A program made the translations under genes and the position numbers. The notes under the pieces were generated by a model. That model had not been told where the DNA came from and did no database searches. It saw only the letters and a program-made list of their open reading frames with translations. From contig LYOS01000002.1 in NCBI GenBank assembly GCA_001766815.1, positions 39,777 to 103,776 of the forward strand: a stretch of 64,000 nt of DNA, in the 5' to 3' direction. Numbering within the stretch: position 1 is the first letter of the stretch; each line of letters begins with the position of its first letter. Positions 39,225-49,500 of the stretch are shown here, piece by piece. This DNA comes from Candidatus Syntropharchaeum caldarium. GTDB lineage: Archaea > Halobacteriota > Syntropharchaeia > Syntropharchaeales > Syntropharchaeaceae.

Positions 39225-40004
39225 TTAATTCTTTTCTGTTTTTGCAGACAATGGCATGAGCGTAGAGGTTCTGTAATATAGATCATTTATACGCGCATAT
39301 TTTGCACCCCAGAACTCAACCACCTCTTCAACCGTGCCTGCTGTACCTGTGGCAGTATAGGTAACCTCCATCCCCTCCTCAATCTCTGGTGCTGTTTCGA
39401 TGGCTTTCTCTTCGCCAGACTCGACAAAGACGATTCGTTTTATTTCCTCAGTACTTCGCAGTGGAGTGATATGCCCCCTGATGACACCTGTGATAATACC
39501 AACAACCCTACCTTTTGTGAGTCTCTTCTCTGGTAGGGGGCGAACATACTTGGTATCAACCCCCTCACGTGCCAGATCCTCGTAATCGATTGGACACTGG
39601 CATATCACGATCGATGGCTTATCGAAGAGTTTGAGAAAGTAGATTTGCTTATAAATTATATGTCGTGCGACATTGCCGTGGTGAAATATGAGTAGTTTTG
39701 AACGTTCGATCCGTTCGCGCTCATCCTCTTCCAGTTTGAATTCAACCTTCACAAAATGCTGTTCCGCCTTGATACCTTTTCCCTTACGAAGGACAAGCAC
39801 CGATGCTTTGATCCCATACGCACGCAACCGCTGTGTTATATCACAGACTGGATATGGGATGTGTCGATCCGAAAAGTCCATCGCGATTATCAGTGCATCC
39901 TCGCCATACTCATCCGAGTGCGTGCCTCCACGCGCTATACCGTAACCAAGCCCCCCTCCAAACTTTGCCCTACAGTTGACATAGTGGGCCTTTCTGCCTA
40001 TCAT
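39225..40004 (-). CDS. mcrC: McrC-like protein (MCR operon protein C homologue) with C-terminal extension
   Basis: 'MIGRKAHYVNCRAKFGGGLGYGIARGG', 'YPVCDITQRLR', 'ASVLVLRKGKG', 'PSIVICQCPIDYEDLAREGV', 'TKGRVVGIITGVIRG' follow the McrC pattern. About 60 extra C-terminal residues. AGGTG upstream. Confidence 0.75.
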   Translation of the reverse strand: MIGRKAHYVNCRAKFGGGLGYGIARGGTHSDEYGEDALIIAMDFSDRHIPYPVCDITQRLRAYGIKASVLVLRKGKGIKAEQHFVKVEFKLEEDERERIERSKLLIFHHGNVARHIIYKQIYFLKLFDKPSIVICQCPIDYEDLAREGVDTKYVRPLPEKRLTKGRVVGIITGVIRGHITPLRSTEEIKRIVFVESGEEKAIETAPEIEEGMEVTYTATGTAGTVEEVVEFWGAKYARINDLYYRTSTLMPLSAKTEKN

Positions 40005-40018
40005 AAATCACACCTTTC

Positions 40019-40879
40019 TTATACAGATGGAACACTCAGCGGAAGTTCAATGATTATATCGTCCTGTGTGCCCCTCTTTATGCTGCCAAACTCACCGAGT
40101 TTACCAAAGTAAAATTCCATCTCTCCGAGTTTCTCTGCATATTCATCATAGGATGCGTTCACTCTGAGACCGCTCATTTTGAGTACCACGTTCACACCAA
40201 ACTTTGATTCAATCTCGGTTTTTATATAGGGATAGGTTGCAGGAACATCAGGTCGAAGGCTTCCGATGATCGAGATTACACTCTCCATAAATGCACCTAT
40301 TATCCGTTTATCATCAGGATCATCGAACATCGTTGGTATCCTTGTAATAGACGGGATGAAAATCAGCTCATCATCAGACTCAAGATCTGCATAGCCTGTC
40401 ACGATCACAGGTACATTAAGCCTTCTGCAGAGTTCCATCTTCTCACGGATACAGTGCTCAAAACATCCAAACATGAAGATCGCCAGATCGTGCTCCTCGA
40501 TCATCATCCGCTCTTCCCTCATCAGAATCGCCTTTCTGCCAACGCCTCTTGCAGGTGCGATTGTGTTCACCTTTGCGCCAGCCTGCCGCAGTGTCTCAAC
40601 CGTGCTGCAGTGTGGAAAGGGTGTGTGATGAAGATTAAATGAGGGGATGATCACCGCAACTTCGATACCATAGAGCGGTACAGTGATAACCCTTCCTGAA
40701 TGCTTACGGAGAGCTGCCCGTTTACGCAGAATGTTCACCGATTCATGATCTATCATCACATCAAATTCTGCAACACCACCCATCTGGTCTATGTTCAGGA
40801 CAAAACCGCCAAGATCCTCTATGAACTCAATTATTTCGTCTGATTCAAACGCATTTCCGATATATTTTAGCGGCATCAT
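40019..40879 (-). CDS. methanogenesis marker protein 7 (Mmp7)-like
   Basis: 'EFIEDLGGFVL', 'NLHHTPFPHCSTVETLRQAGAKVNTIAPARGVGRK', 'IEEHDLAIFMFGCFEHCIREK', 'NVPVIVTG' resemble the Mmp7/McrC-related pattern as I recall it. Confidence 0.6.
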   Translation of the reverse strand: MMPLKYIGNAFESDEIIEFIEDLGGFVLNIDQMGGVAEFDVMIDHESVNILRKRAALRKHSGRVITVPLYGIEVAVIIPSFNLHHTPFPHCSTVETLRQAGAKVNTIAPARGVGRKAILMREERMMIEEHDLAIFMFGCFEHCIREKMELCRRLNVPVIVTGYADLESDDELIFIPSITRIPTMFDDPDDKRIIGAFMESVISIIGSLRPDVPATYPYIKTEIESKFGVNVVLKMSGLRVNASYDEYAEKLGEMEFYFGKLGEFGSIKRGTQDDIIIELPLSVPSV

Positions 40880-40897
40880 TTTTATTCCACGCCGTAT

Positions 40898-42679
40898 TCA
40901 GCTCAGATGGAAATACCTGTATGCATCTCCCGTATCCTCAATCTCACCGCCTTTTGAGACAAAGTCGGCGTACTTTCGATTGACAAATTCATTACAGATA
41001 GTCTCAGGATCGCCTGTCATCAGAATTTCGCCACGGTGTATCAGCAGTGCCCGGTGTGCAAGCTCCTTCACCGCATCCAGTTGATGGCTCACGAGGATTA
41101 TTGTGAGGTTGTGCTCCTTGTTGAGGGTTTTTATTGCATTTATACATTTACGCAGCGAGATAGGATCGAGATCTCCGAAAGGCTCATCGAGCAAGAGGAC
41201 CTCTGGCTTCTCCGTCATGTGAAGAGCAAGCGCAACCCGTATCTGCTCACCTGCACTGAGTTCATATGTATAGTGATCCATGAGAGAAAGAGGAAGATCG
41301 AGCGCTTCAAATATGGGTTTCATCCGCTTTTTAGCTTCGTCTGCAGGTATCGTTGGGAATAACTTCCTCAGAATCCCTGGATCAAGTTTCAGCTCCCTGA
41401 GCATGTCTTTCATCTCATCTTCTGGCAGATCTGCAAGTCTATAAAGTACATCCAGCTTCACGTCACTTAGTCCCATTTCTCTCGCCCGTTCGACCACCTC
41501 AGGCAGGAATCGCACGTCCTTTAGCCCAAGTTTCTGCTCAAAGAGGTGCAGCACGATTTCATAGTGCGTGAGCGCAAACTCCTGATGTAACGTTGAGATG
41601 TTAAGACGCGCCTTTACAGCATCATAACCATAGGTACAGATATTTGTCCAGCGCTCTTCACCACCATCGTTGATCCTGTAGGTAACCTCACCAAACTGAG
41701 GAGGTTCAAGTCCTGCAAGCAACCTGATCAGTACTGTCTTTCCAGCAGCACATGGTCCAACGAGTGCAAGTATCTCGCCTTCGTAGATATCGAAGTTGAG
41801 ATTTTTCATCTGGATCGTCTCGATAAACTTTGCACCTGATGTGGTTATCTGGTAACGCTTCCAGAGGTTGGTGAGGCGCATCTTCGGCACTTCTCGTGGT
41901 ATCGATGGCTCAACGGGTTGATCGATCTTTGCAACAAACTTTTTAATGATCTCATCTGGTTTCCCCTCATCAACCACCTTTCCTTCCTCAATCCAGAGCA
42001 CCCTATCAGCGAGAGTTTCGTGTATTTCTGGCATATGAGAGACAAATACAACAGTAACACCAGCATTCTCATTTATTTTTTTTATCGCATCAAGCATCAT
42101 CCCTCGACCAACAGGATCTATCATGGTGGCTGGTTCATCTACAAGAAGAACACGTGGATTTGCTGCGAGCTGTCTCGCAAGCAGAACACACTGCTTCTCA
42201 CCGCCGCTGAGGATATTGTAGTAGTAATACTTCTTATCCAACATGCCAACAATATCAAGAATCTCGGAGGCCCGTTTGAAGAGTCGTTTATAGTCGTTTG
42301 AACCTGTTGTAGGTATCTCTTCAAAACCTGTCTCAAGCTTTCCCAGTTTTCGCATCACATTATTTATCACACTCTCAGGCCATAGTGCAAACGAACGTTG
42401 CAGATGCAGTGCGGTTATCTTCTGGAGTTCAAGCTGTTCATTGGAATTAGAGTCAGGTGTGAGTGTGATACCATCAACCCTTACAGATCCTTCTTTAAAT
42501 GATTCCACGCCCCTTAAAATTCGCAAGAGTGTGGTTTTTCCTGCACTGCTCCTTCCTAATATACCCAGAACTTCACCCTCATCGACTGAGAACGAGACGT
42601 TCTCAAGAGCAGTGTGTTCTTTCTCAATCTTTGAGATCTGATAAGTCTTCGTTAAATTTTCTACTTCGATGATCTTCAT
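40898..42679 (-). CDS. second component-A2-like double ABC ATPase (paralogue without Cys4 insertion)
   Basis: 'GILGRSSAGKTTLLRILRGVE' (A2-like first P-loop), 'LSGGEKQCVLLARQLA', second cassette 'GPCAAGKTVL' / 'LSAGEQIRV'. GGAGG upstream. First gene of the operon. Confidence 0.75.
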   Translation of the reverse strand: MKIIEVENLTKTYQISKIEKEHTALENVSFSVDEGEVLGILGRSSAGKTTLLRILRGVESFKEGSVRVDGITLTPDSNSNEQLELQKITALHLQRSFALWPESVINNVMRKLGKLETGFEEIPTTGSNDYKRLFKRASEILDIVGMLDKKYYYYNILSGGEKQCVLLARQLAANPRVLLVDEPATMIDPVGRGMMLDAIKKINENAGVTVVFVSHMPEIHETLADRVLWIEEGKVVDEGKPDEIIKKFVAKIDQPVEPSIPREVPKMRLTNLWKRYQITTSGAKFIETIQMKNLNFDIYEGEILALVGPCAAGKTVLIRLLAGLEPPQFGEVTYRINDGGEERWTNICTYGYDAVKARLNISTLHQEFALTHYEIVLHLFEQKLGLKDVRFLPEVVERAREMGLSDVKLDVLYRLADLPEDEMKDMLRELKLDPGILRKLFPTIPADEAKKRMKPIFEALDLPLSLMDHYTYELSAGEQIRVALALHMTEKPEVLLLDEPFGDLDPISLRKCINAIKTLNKEHNLTIILVSHQLDAVKELAHRALLIHRGEILMTGDPETICNEFVNRKYADFVSKGGEIEDTGDAYRYFHLS

Positions 42680-42870
42680 GTTAAAACCTCCTTAGAATCC
42701 TCAGAATCATCATAATCTTAACCTGTTCATCATATATAAGAAGATCTATTTTTGGATTGAGGAGGGTTAATCATTTAATTTTTCTAAAGAGCTGTCATGT
42801 CCACAACCTTTATATCTCGCACATGCGATAAGTTAATGTAAGGTAAAGAGTCAGAAATGATCAGCGAAAG
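42680..42870. promoter_or_regulatory. divergent promoter region between the MCR-activation operon and the cytochrome operon
   Basis: 191-nt AT-rich spacer. TATA-like 'TTTATATC' at 42809-42816 (+), 55 nt before ATG 42871. 'TTATATAT' on the minus strand at 42732-42739, about 55 nt before ATG 42679. Confidence 0.3.
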
Positions 42871-43566
42871 ATGAAAAAACACACACCGCTTCTGCTCATG
42901 ATCGCCGTACTTGCGATCGGTATATTCGCACTCCCCCAGAGCGTTGCGCTTTTCTCAGGTCAGCATTCATGGTATAATCTCACTCCACAGGGTAACGATG
43001 TACCCTGTGAAAAATGTCATGGCGACATCGCTTCAGAGATTGCATCAAGTGGTGCACACAAAAATATCGAGTGCGGCGGATGTCACAGAGCAGATGCAAG
43101 GGTTGGCTATGCCGGGGACTGGGAGGGGGATGTGGATCCAGGACAGGGTGCACACGCGGCATCGACTATTGAGTGTATGATCTGCCATGACAGGGGCACA
43201 AACTTCACACACTCCAATATCGGAAGTGATGAGTGTTCTGACTGTCACACCTCGCCTTTTGTGGCGCCTGGGGCAGGAGGCTTCAATCTGACTGATCCTT
43301 CTGTCTTGCCGTCTGATACCGGCACAAAAGCCGCACACATGCAGTTTGTCCATGACGCGATCAACGAGACGCTCATGGAGGGTGCAAACGAAGCCTGTAT
43401 AGCATGTCATACGCATGTGGGTGTCAACATCACATGGACGAAGAACGTGGTGCTCAACTTTGAAGCATCAGAGAATGAGACTGGAAGCTGGTCGATCCCT
43501 GAGTTTTCAGCAACAGGGGATAATGTGACAGAATCAAACTATACAAACACCTGGGTAAATACTTAA
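42871..43566 (+). CDS. membrane-anchored pentahaem c-type cytochrome
   Basis: N-terminal TM anchor. CEKCH, CGGCH, CMICH, CSDCH, CIACH. Paralogue of 34647..35381. Confidence 0.85.
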   Translation: MKKHTPLLLMIAVLAIGIFALPQSVALFSGQHSWYNLTPQGNDVPCEKCHGDIASEIASSGAHKNIECGGCHRADARVGYAGDWEGDVDPGQGAHAASTIECMICHDRGTNFTHSNIGSDECSDCHTSPFVAPGAGGFNLTDPSVLPSDTGTKAAHMQFVHDAINETLMEGANEACIACHTHVGVNITWTKNVVLNFEASENETGSWSIPEFSATGDNVTESNYTNTWVNT

Positions 43567-43579
43567 AAGGGGGGTTAAA

Positions 43580-46500
43580 ATGAATGAAGGAATGAAAAAG
43601 GTCAAAATCTTTATTCTCGTATTGCTTATGATCGCATCACCGTTTTCGATGCTTACTGCAGGTGCTGCTATCGATGGCTCAAAGCATGACTTCACGTTTG
43701 AGAGTGAACTTACGCCAAATGGTGCGTGTTCCGCCTGCCATGAGTGGCGTACCATGACGTGGGCACGAAACCTGAGTGAAGAGGAGGCTTATTTTAACCA
43801 GACAGAAGATCCAAACTACGTCCATGATCCTACCATAAAATGCTATGACTGTCACAGTGGCACTGCGGCAGACAATGATCCCAGTTACACGCTTTTTATC
43901 AATACAACACTTGGCAGATATATCCCGCAGGACGTTGCCTTTGATGCCAATATGAAGGGAAACGATCTATCCTATGACAGCTCACCCTCTGATGATGAGA
44001 CCGGATACTACGAGTCATCGACATCAGGCCACTACATAAAGACGAACGCAACAGGCCTGACGAATATTGAACCTGGTGATAAGCTCCCATGCACCGACTG
44101 TCATGAACCACACGAGACAGAACCCACAAATGAGGTCTTCATAAAAGGAAGCTCCGAATATCCACTTGGTGGAAAGGTTGTATCAAACTTAAAAGCAAGC
44201 ACAAACACCCGATCTGGTACTGGCACTGGACGTGAGATCTGTGCGGTATGTCATGGATACAGCGATTCAGGCATAGCTGTCAGGTTTGTTGATGTTAATC
44301 CCCTCTATGGCTCGACCGATAGGATCGTTCAGACCCCGTCAACGGTATCCCAGCATGCAGAGAATGATTCAACACCATGCACAGACTGCCACTCACATAG
44401 CACCCCGGCATCGTATTTTGTCGGAATCAGCAGCCACAACACCCACTTAACCGCCGAGTTTGGACCCAAAATATCCTCGTGCACAGGTGCCGATGGCTGT
44501 CACAGTGAGGGAAACTTCAGCCGCTTCAACGACAACCTCACACTCTCAGCGACTCATGCCTGCGATAACTGCCACAGCCCGAATGGAACATACAATGGTG
44601 TCACCCTTGCCAAGGCAAGCTGGGAAGAAGGCGTCTACAACGGCACAGACTTAAAATCAAGCAAGGAGAAGTGGTGTGCAAGCTGTCATGATAAAGAACC
44701 TGCCAGCTCTATGGGGAATGGAAGCGGTATAAACGCCCCGAATATCGTCGGGATGAATCTAAGCGGTAGCTGGCAGAGCCCCGTCGCTATTATAACAAAT
44801 CAGACGGAAAACGTCAGTGATGCAACAAACCTGCTGGATGGTGACGTTGAGACCGGTGCGAGTGTGAGTGGGGCATCCCAGATCGTCTTTGATCTTGGAG
44901 AGAGTACAGAAGTCTCCCATATCAGGCTTTACACATCTGCCAGTTCCACGGTCAAGTGGGAGGTGTACGGGAGCAATGATCTTTCAAACTGGACGAGAAT
45001 ACTCTATGGTCAGGATGTGATCTTTTCCGCTCCTGCATGGCTTACAGGTGAAGATGAGGGATGGGATGAGAGCAGGGTTGACAGGATCATACCTGTGAGA
45101 TACATCAAGCTCTACAAGAGGAGTCCGTGGCCCGTGGGGAGTGGTTCTCAGCGTGAGTTTGAGTATAAAGCAGATATACGGTATGGATACTATACCACCG
45201 GTCACAAGATTGCCTGCACCAACTGCCACAATAGAAGTAGCGCGCATATCGATGGAACCTCACAGACCTACAACACAACCCTTGATAACTATCAGACAGG
45301 TTTCAGGCTGAAATATCTTGAGGTTGAGAATGAAACCGTCCCCTCACTTGAGATACCAAGAGTCGACTGTAACTGGGGTGATTATCCAAAAACCTCAAAC
45401 GACTTTGCACTCTGTTTCTCATGCCACAACAAGTATAACCTCCTCGGGGATGCGAGTGGTACAGGCGACTACCATAAGGATCCACCCCAGACAAACTTCA
45501 GGAACAACACCACAAACGCCCACCTCATCCATCTGCAGGGAAGGGGATACTGTGGAAACAATCCTGACTGGGACTCAGACTGGAACGGCACAGCAGACTC
45601 ACCACAGAGTTGCACCGCGTGTCACAATGTTCATGGCTCTCCTGCTCCTGCGATGACAAGACACGGAGAACTTGTGAGTATCAACGATACCCTTGAGAAG
45701 GCTCCCCTCCTGAACCTGAAGTACATAAACGCAGACGGAGAGCTTGATCATAATCTCTCAGATGCCACCCAGAGTATCGGCGGAAGGACACAGTTCTATG
45801 GTGCAGGACCCGGAAACGTTGCGAAGAATAAGGTGTGTAACATGTGCCACAATGATCAGATTACCTATTATCGCACACCAGTACCTCCCACCGTAACCTG
45901 TGGTAATGGATCAGGAACAGGAGGCTGCCACAGCCCCACCGCATACTCTTCCTCTGCAGCAGGCAGCCACAATACTCATCTAACCGCACCCAGGGGACCA
46001 AACATAACATCCTGCACAGGTGCTGATGGCTGCCACAAAGGCAACCACACCGGTCTCTTCAACGATGGTTTACCGCTATCAACAACCCACAGATGTGATA
46101 ACTGCCACAGCCCGAACGGGACATACGATGGTGTGAATGACTCCACAATCGGAGCAAAACCCAACTGGGAAAATGGAGTGTACAACAATTCCACGACATT
46201 AAAGTCAGGCAAAGAGAAGTGGTGTGCAGGATGCCATGATGACGAACCGGCGTATAGTAAGGCAGAGTACAGCGAGGTCATCGTGGATAACACCGAAGCT
46301 TCTTTTGCTGGTTCATGGAGTACATCCTCTCACTCAACCGATTATGGAAGCAACTACAGATACAATGGTGCAGGTTCAGGCACTGAAACAGCAACGTGGA
46401 CACCTAACCTGCCAGAATCTGGTAATTACTCGGTCTATGCATGGTGGCCCATATATGTTTCAGGAAGAGCAACGAATGCACCGTACACCGTGTACTACAG

Positions 46501-49500
46501 CAGCGGGTCTGAGACGGTAAGGGTGAACCATAAAGCAGGAGGGGGTGGCTGGAACTACATCGGCACATGGAACTTCTCTGCTGGAACATCAGGTTACGTT
46601 GTGCTCAGTGATGATGCCGATGGAATTGTAATGGCTGATGCCATCAGATTTGTTAAAGGCGGGAATGCCACGTACGCACCCAATATCATCGGTGATAATA
46701 CAAGCTATGGGTTCTATGCAACAGGTCATGGTCGAAGCGGTGTTGTGGATTGCCTGTCCTGTCATGATTCAGATAAAACCCATATCGATGGAATTCAGCG
46801 AACGTATGAAGCAAATGAGACAACAGGTGATGCGATCACACCCTACAATAACAGCTACCGTTTAAAGGATCTTGATGGGTTGCCAGCGATGGTAATGCCA
46901 AGAAAAACAACATCCACATTTAATATGCAGGCCTACTGGCGGGATTTTAACCTCTGTTTTGACTGTCACAACAGGTTTGAGGTGCTGGGTGAAACATCAT
47001 CGGATATCAGTAACACCAACTTCTGGAATAATGATTCAAGTATCTCAAACTCACACTGGCTCCATCTCGGGATAGATAGCAAGCACTTTGACTCTGATTA
47101 TGACAGTTCTGCAGACTCACGTGAGAGCTGCATCGCATGCCACAACGTACACGGTTCGCCAACAGGACCGATGATAAGACATGGAGAACTTATAAGCTAT
47201 CCAAGTACAGCGAACAAGGAGCCTGCGCATAATTTCTACTATCTTCTCCCTGGAGATGGTTCAGCCACTGCCAGGTTTACACCCACACTTGCAGGCGGAA
47301 CATATGATATCTATGCATGGTGGAGCTCGCACTCAAACCGTGCGACAAATGCAAAGTATATAATATACCATGATGGTGGTAGCGCTGAGGTAATCGTCAA
47401 TCAGGAGGAGAACGGCTCACAGTGGAACCTCCTTGGCGAGTACAATATTACAACTTCAAACGGCACGGTCGTTCTGACATCAGATGGCGCCAACGAGTAC
47501 ATCATGGCAGACGGAATCCAGTGGAACAGAACAGATGGCGGAGATACTGTCTATGTTGATGAACCTGATGCCACCTATACTGGAAGCTGGACTGTGGAGA
47601 CCTCAAACCCAGACAAATATTACGGAGATAGCACGAGATACTACTATGCACCCATCAGGAATGCGACTGCAAACGTGAATAAGAGTACTGGCGGCACCTT
47701 CTATGTAAGCGGTGTAATCACTGCAAATCATCTCTGTCAGATGTGTCATAGCAACGTCCAGTACAACAGAGACCCGTATACCGGACCAAGAGTTCCATAC
47801 AGTGATGCAACCCCTGATAACATCTCAAACTTTGAGAGTAACACTGTAACATTCACGGCTTTCGTTACCGATGTGGATGAGAACATAGCAAATGTTACCA
47901 TCGATCTCTCAAGTTTTGGTGGTAACGTTAGCCAGAGGATGTACGATGACGGAACCCACGGTGATACCAAGGCAAATGATGGTGTGTATAGCTACCAGTT
48001 CACAGTGCCTGCAGGTGTTGATGATGGTCCAAGGAGTATCACAGTCACCGCAACAGACGATGATGGTAATAGCGGTGAAGGTCTGATCGATCTTACCGTC
48101 TATCAGCCAGGCGCACTGATCATCGATGATGAAGATGCAAGCTTCACCGGAACATGGGGAGAATCCACGGCAGACGAGACGACGTATGGAACAGGATACC
48201 GCTGGCATGCTTCAGGCACCGGGAGCAATACAGCAACGTGGAGTGTCAACATCACAACCGCCGGTAACTACACCGTCTACGCACGATGGGTTACAGGAAG
48301 CAACCGTGCTACAGATGCACCCTACACGATTAACTATGAAGGAGGCAACGAAACAGTAAGGGTTTCACAGCGGATAAAAGGAGGAAAGTGGAACCGTCTT
48401 GGCAACTACTACTTTGACGTCGGCGAGTACTCGGTCGTTCTCACAGATGATGCTGATAACTACGTTATAGCTGATGCGATAAAGCTTGAATCTGAAGCCC
48501 CTCCAGCTTACCACCCATGGCCAATCGCCGACAATCCCGATGCTGAATACAACGGAACAGGATGGTATACTGGAACAGCCGATAGCGGTTATTATGGCTC
48601 AGACTTCTACTACCATGCCTCAGGCACAGGAGAAAATACCGCAACATGGACACTCGCAGTTCCAGAAGCTGGAAAGTACGATGTGTACGCATGGTGGGCA
48701 GACGGCTCAAACCGTGCAACCAATGCACCCTATATGATTAACTACGAAGGAGGCAGTGAAACAGTAAGGGTTTCACAGAAAATAAATGGAGGAAAGTGGA
48801 ACCTGCTTGGGACATATTCATTCAATGCAGGTAACTATTCAATAGTACTCAGTGACGATGCAGATGGATTCATCATTGCCGATGCAGTGAAGTTTGAGCT
48901 TAACCAATCTGTATGGCTCACCCCTTCCTCAATCCAGTGCACAAACCTCACCAACGCTTCACTCCTGATCGATAACAGCACATCAACTGCCAACGCGCTT
49001 GATACCGGAGATGAACAGTATGTGGTCTTTGATCTTGGTGCAAGATACACCGTTCCATCGATCAAGATGTACACTGATGGTAGCGGCAACTACACATGGG
49101 ATGTCTATATGGGGGATAACATATCTGATCCTGCCTGTTGCAACCATTCAAGCTGGGGCACGCCTGTCCTTGAGAACTGGACTCCCTCTACTTCGGGGTG
49201 GAACGAGGTCAACCTGACAACACCCGCCACAGCGAGATACATAAAGCTCATGCGAAACGATACAGGTGATGATCTTGCCGCAGACAGCCTCTATGAGTTC
49301 ATGTTCGACCCACCAACGGCAACGCTCACCTTTGAACTCCACTCATACGCTGATATGCATATCTATGACCCGGAGGATCGCCATCTCGGGATGAACTACA
49401 CGACAGGCGAGATCGAGAACCAAATTCCCGGAGCAGTATATGACTTCGGTGATGTCCAGACTGCTACCCTGCCAAAGCTTGCAGTGGGGGAGTACAGGGT

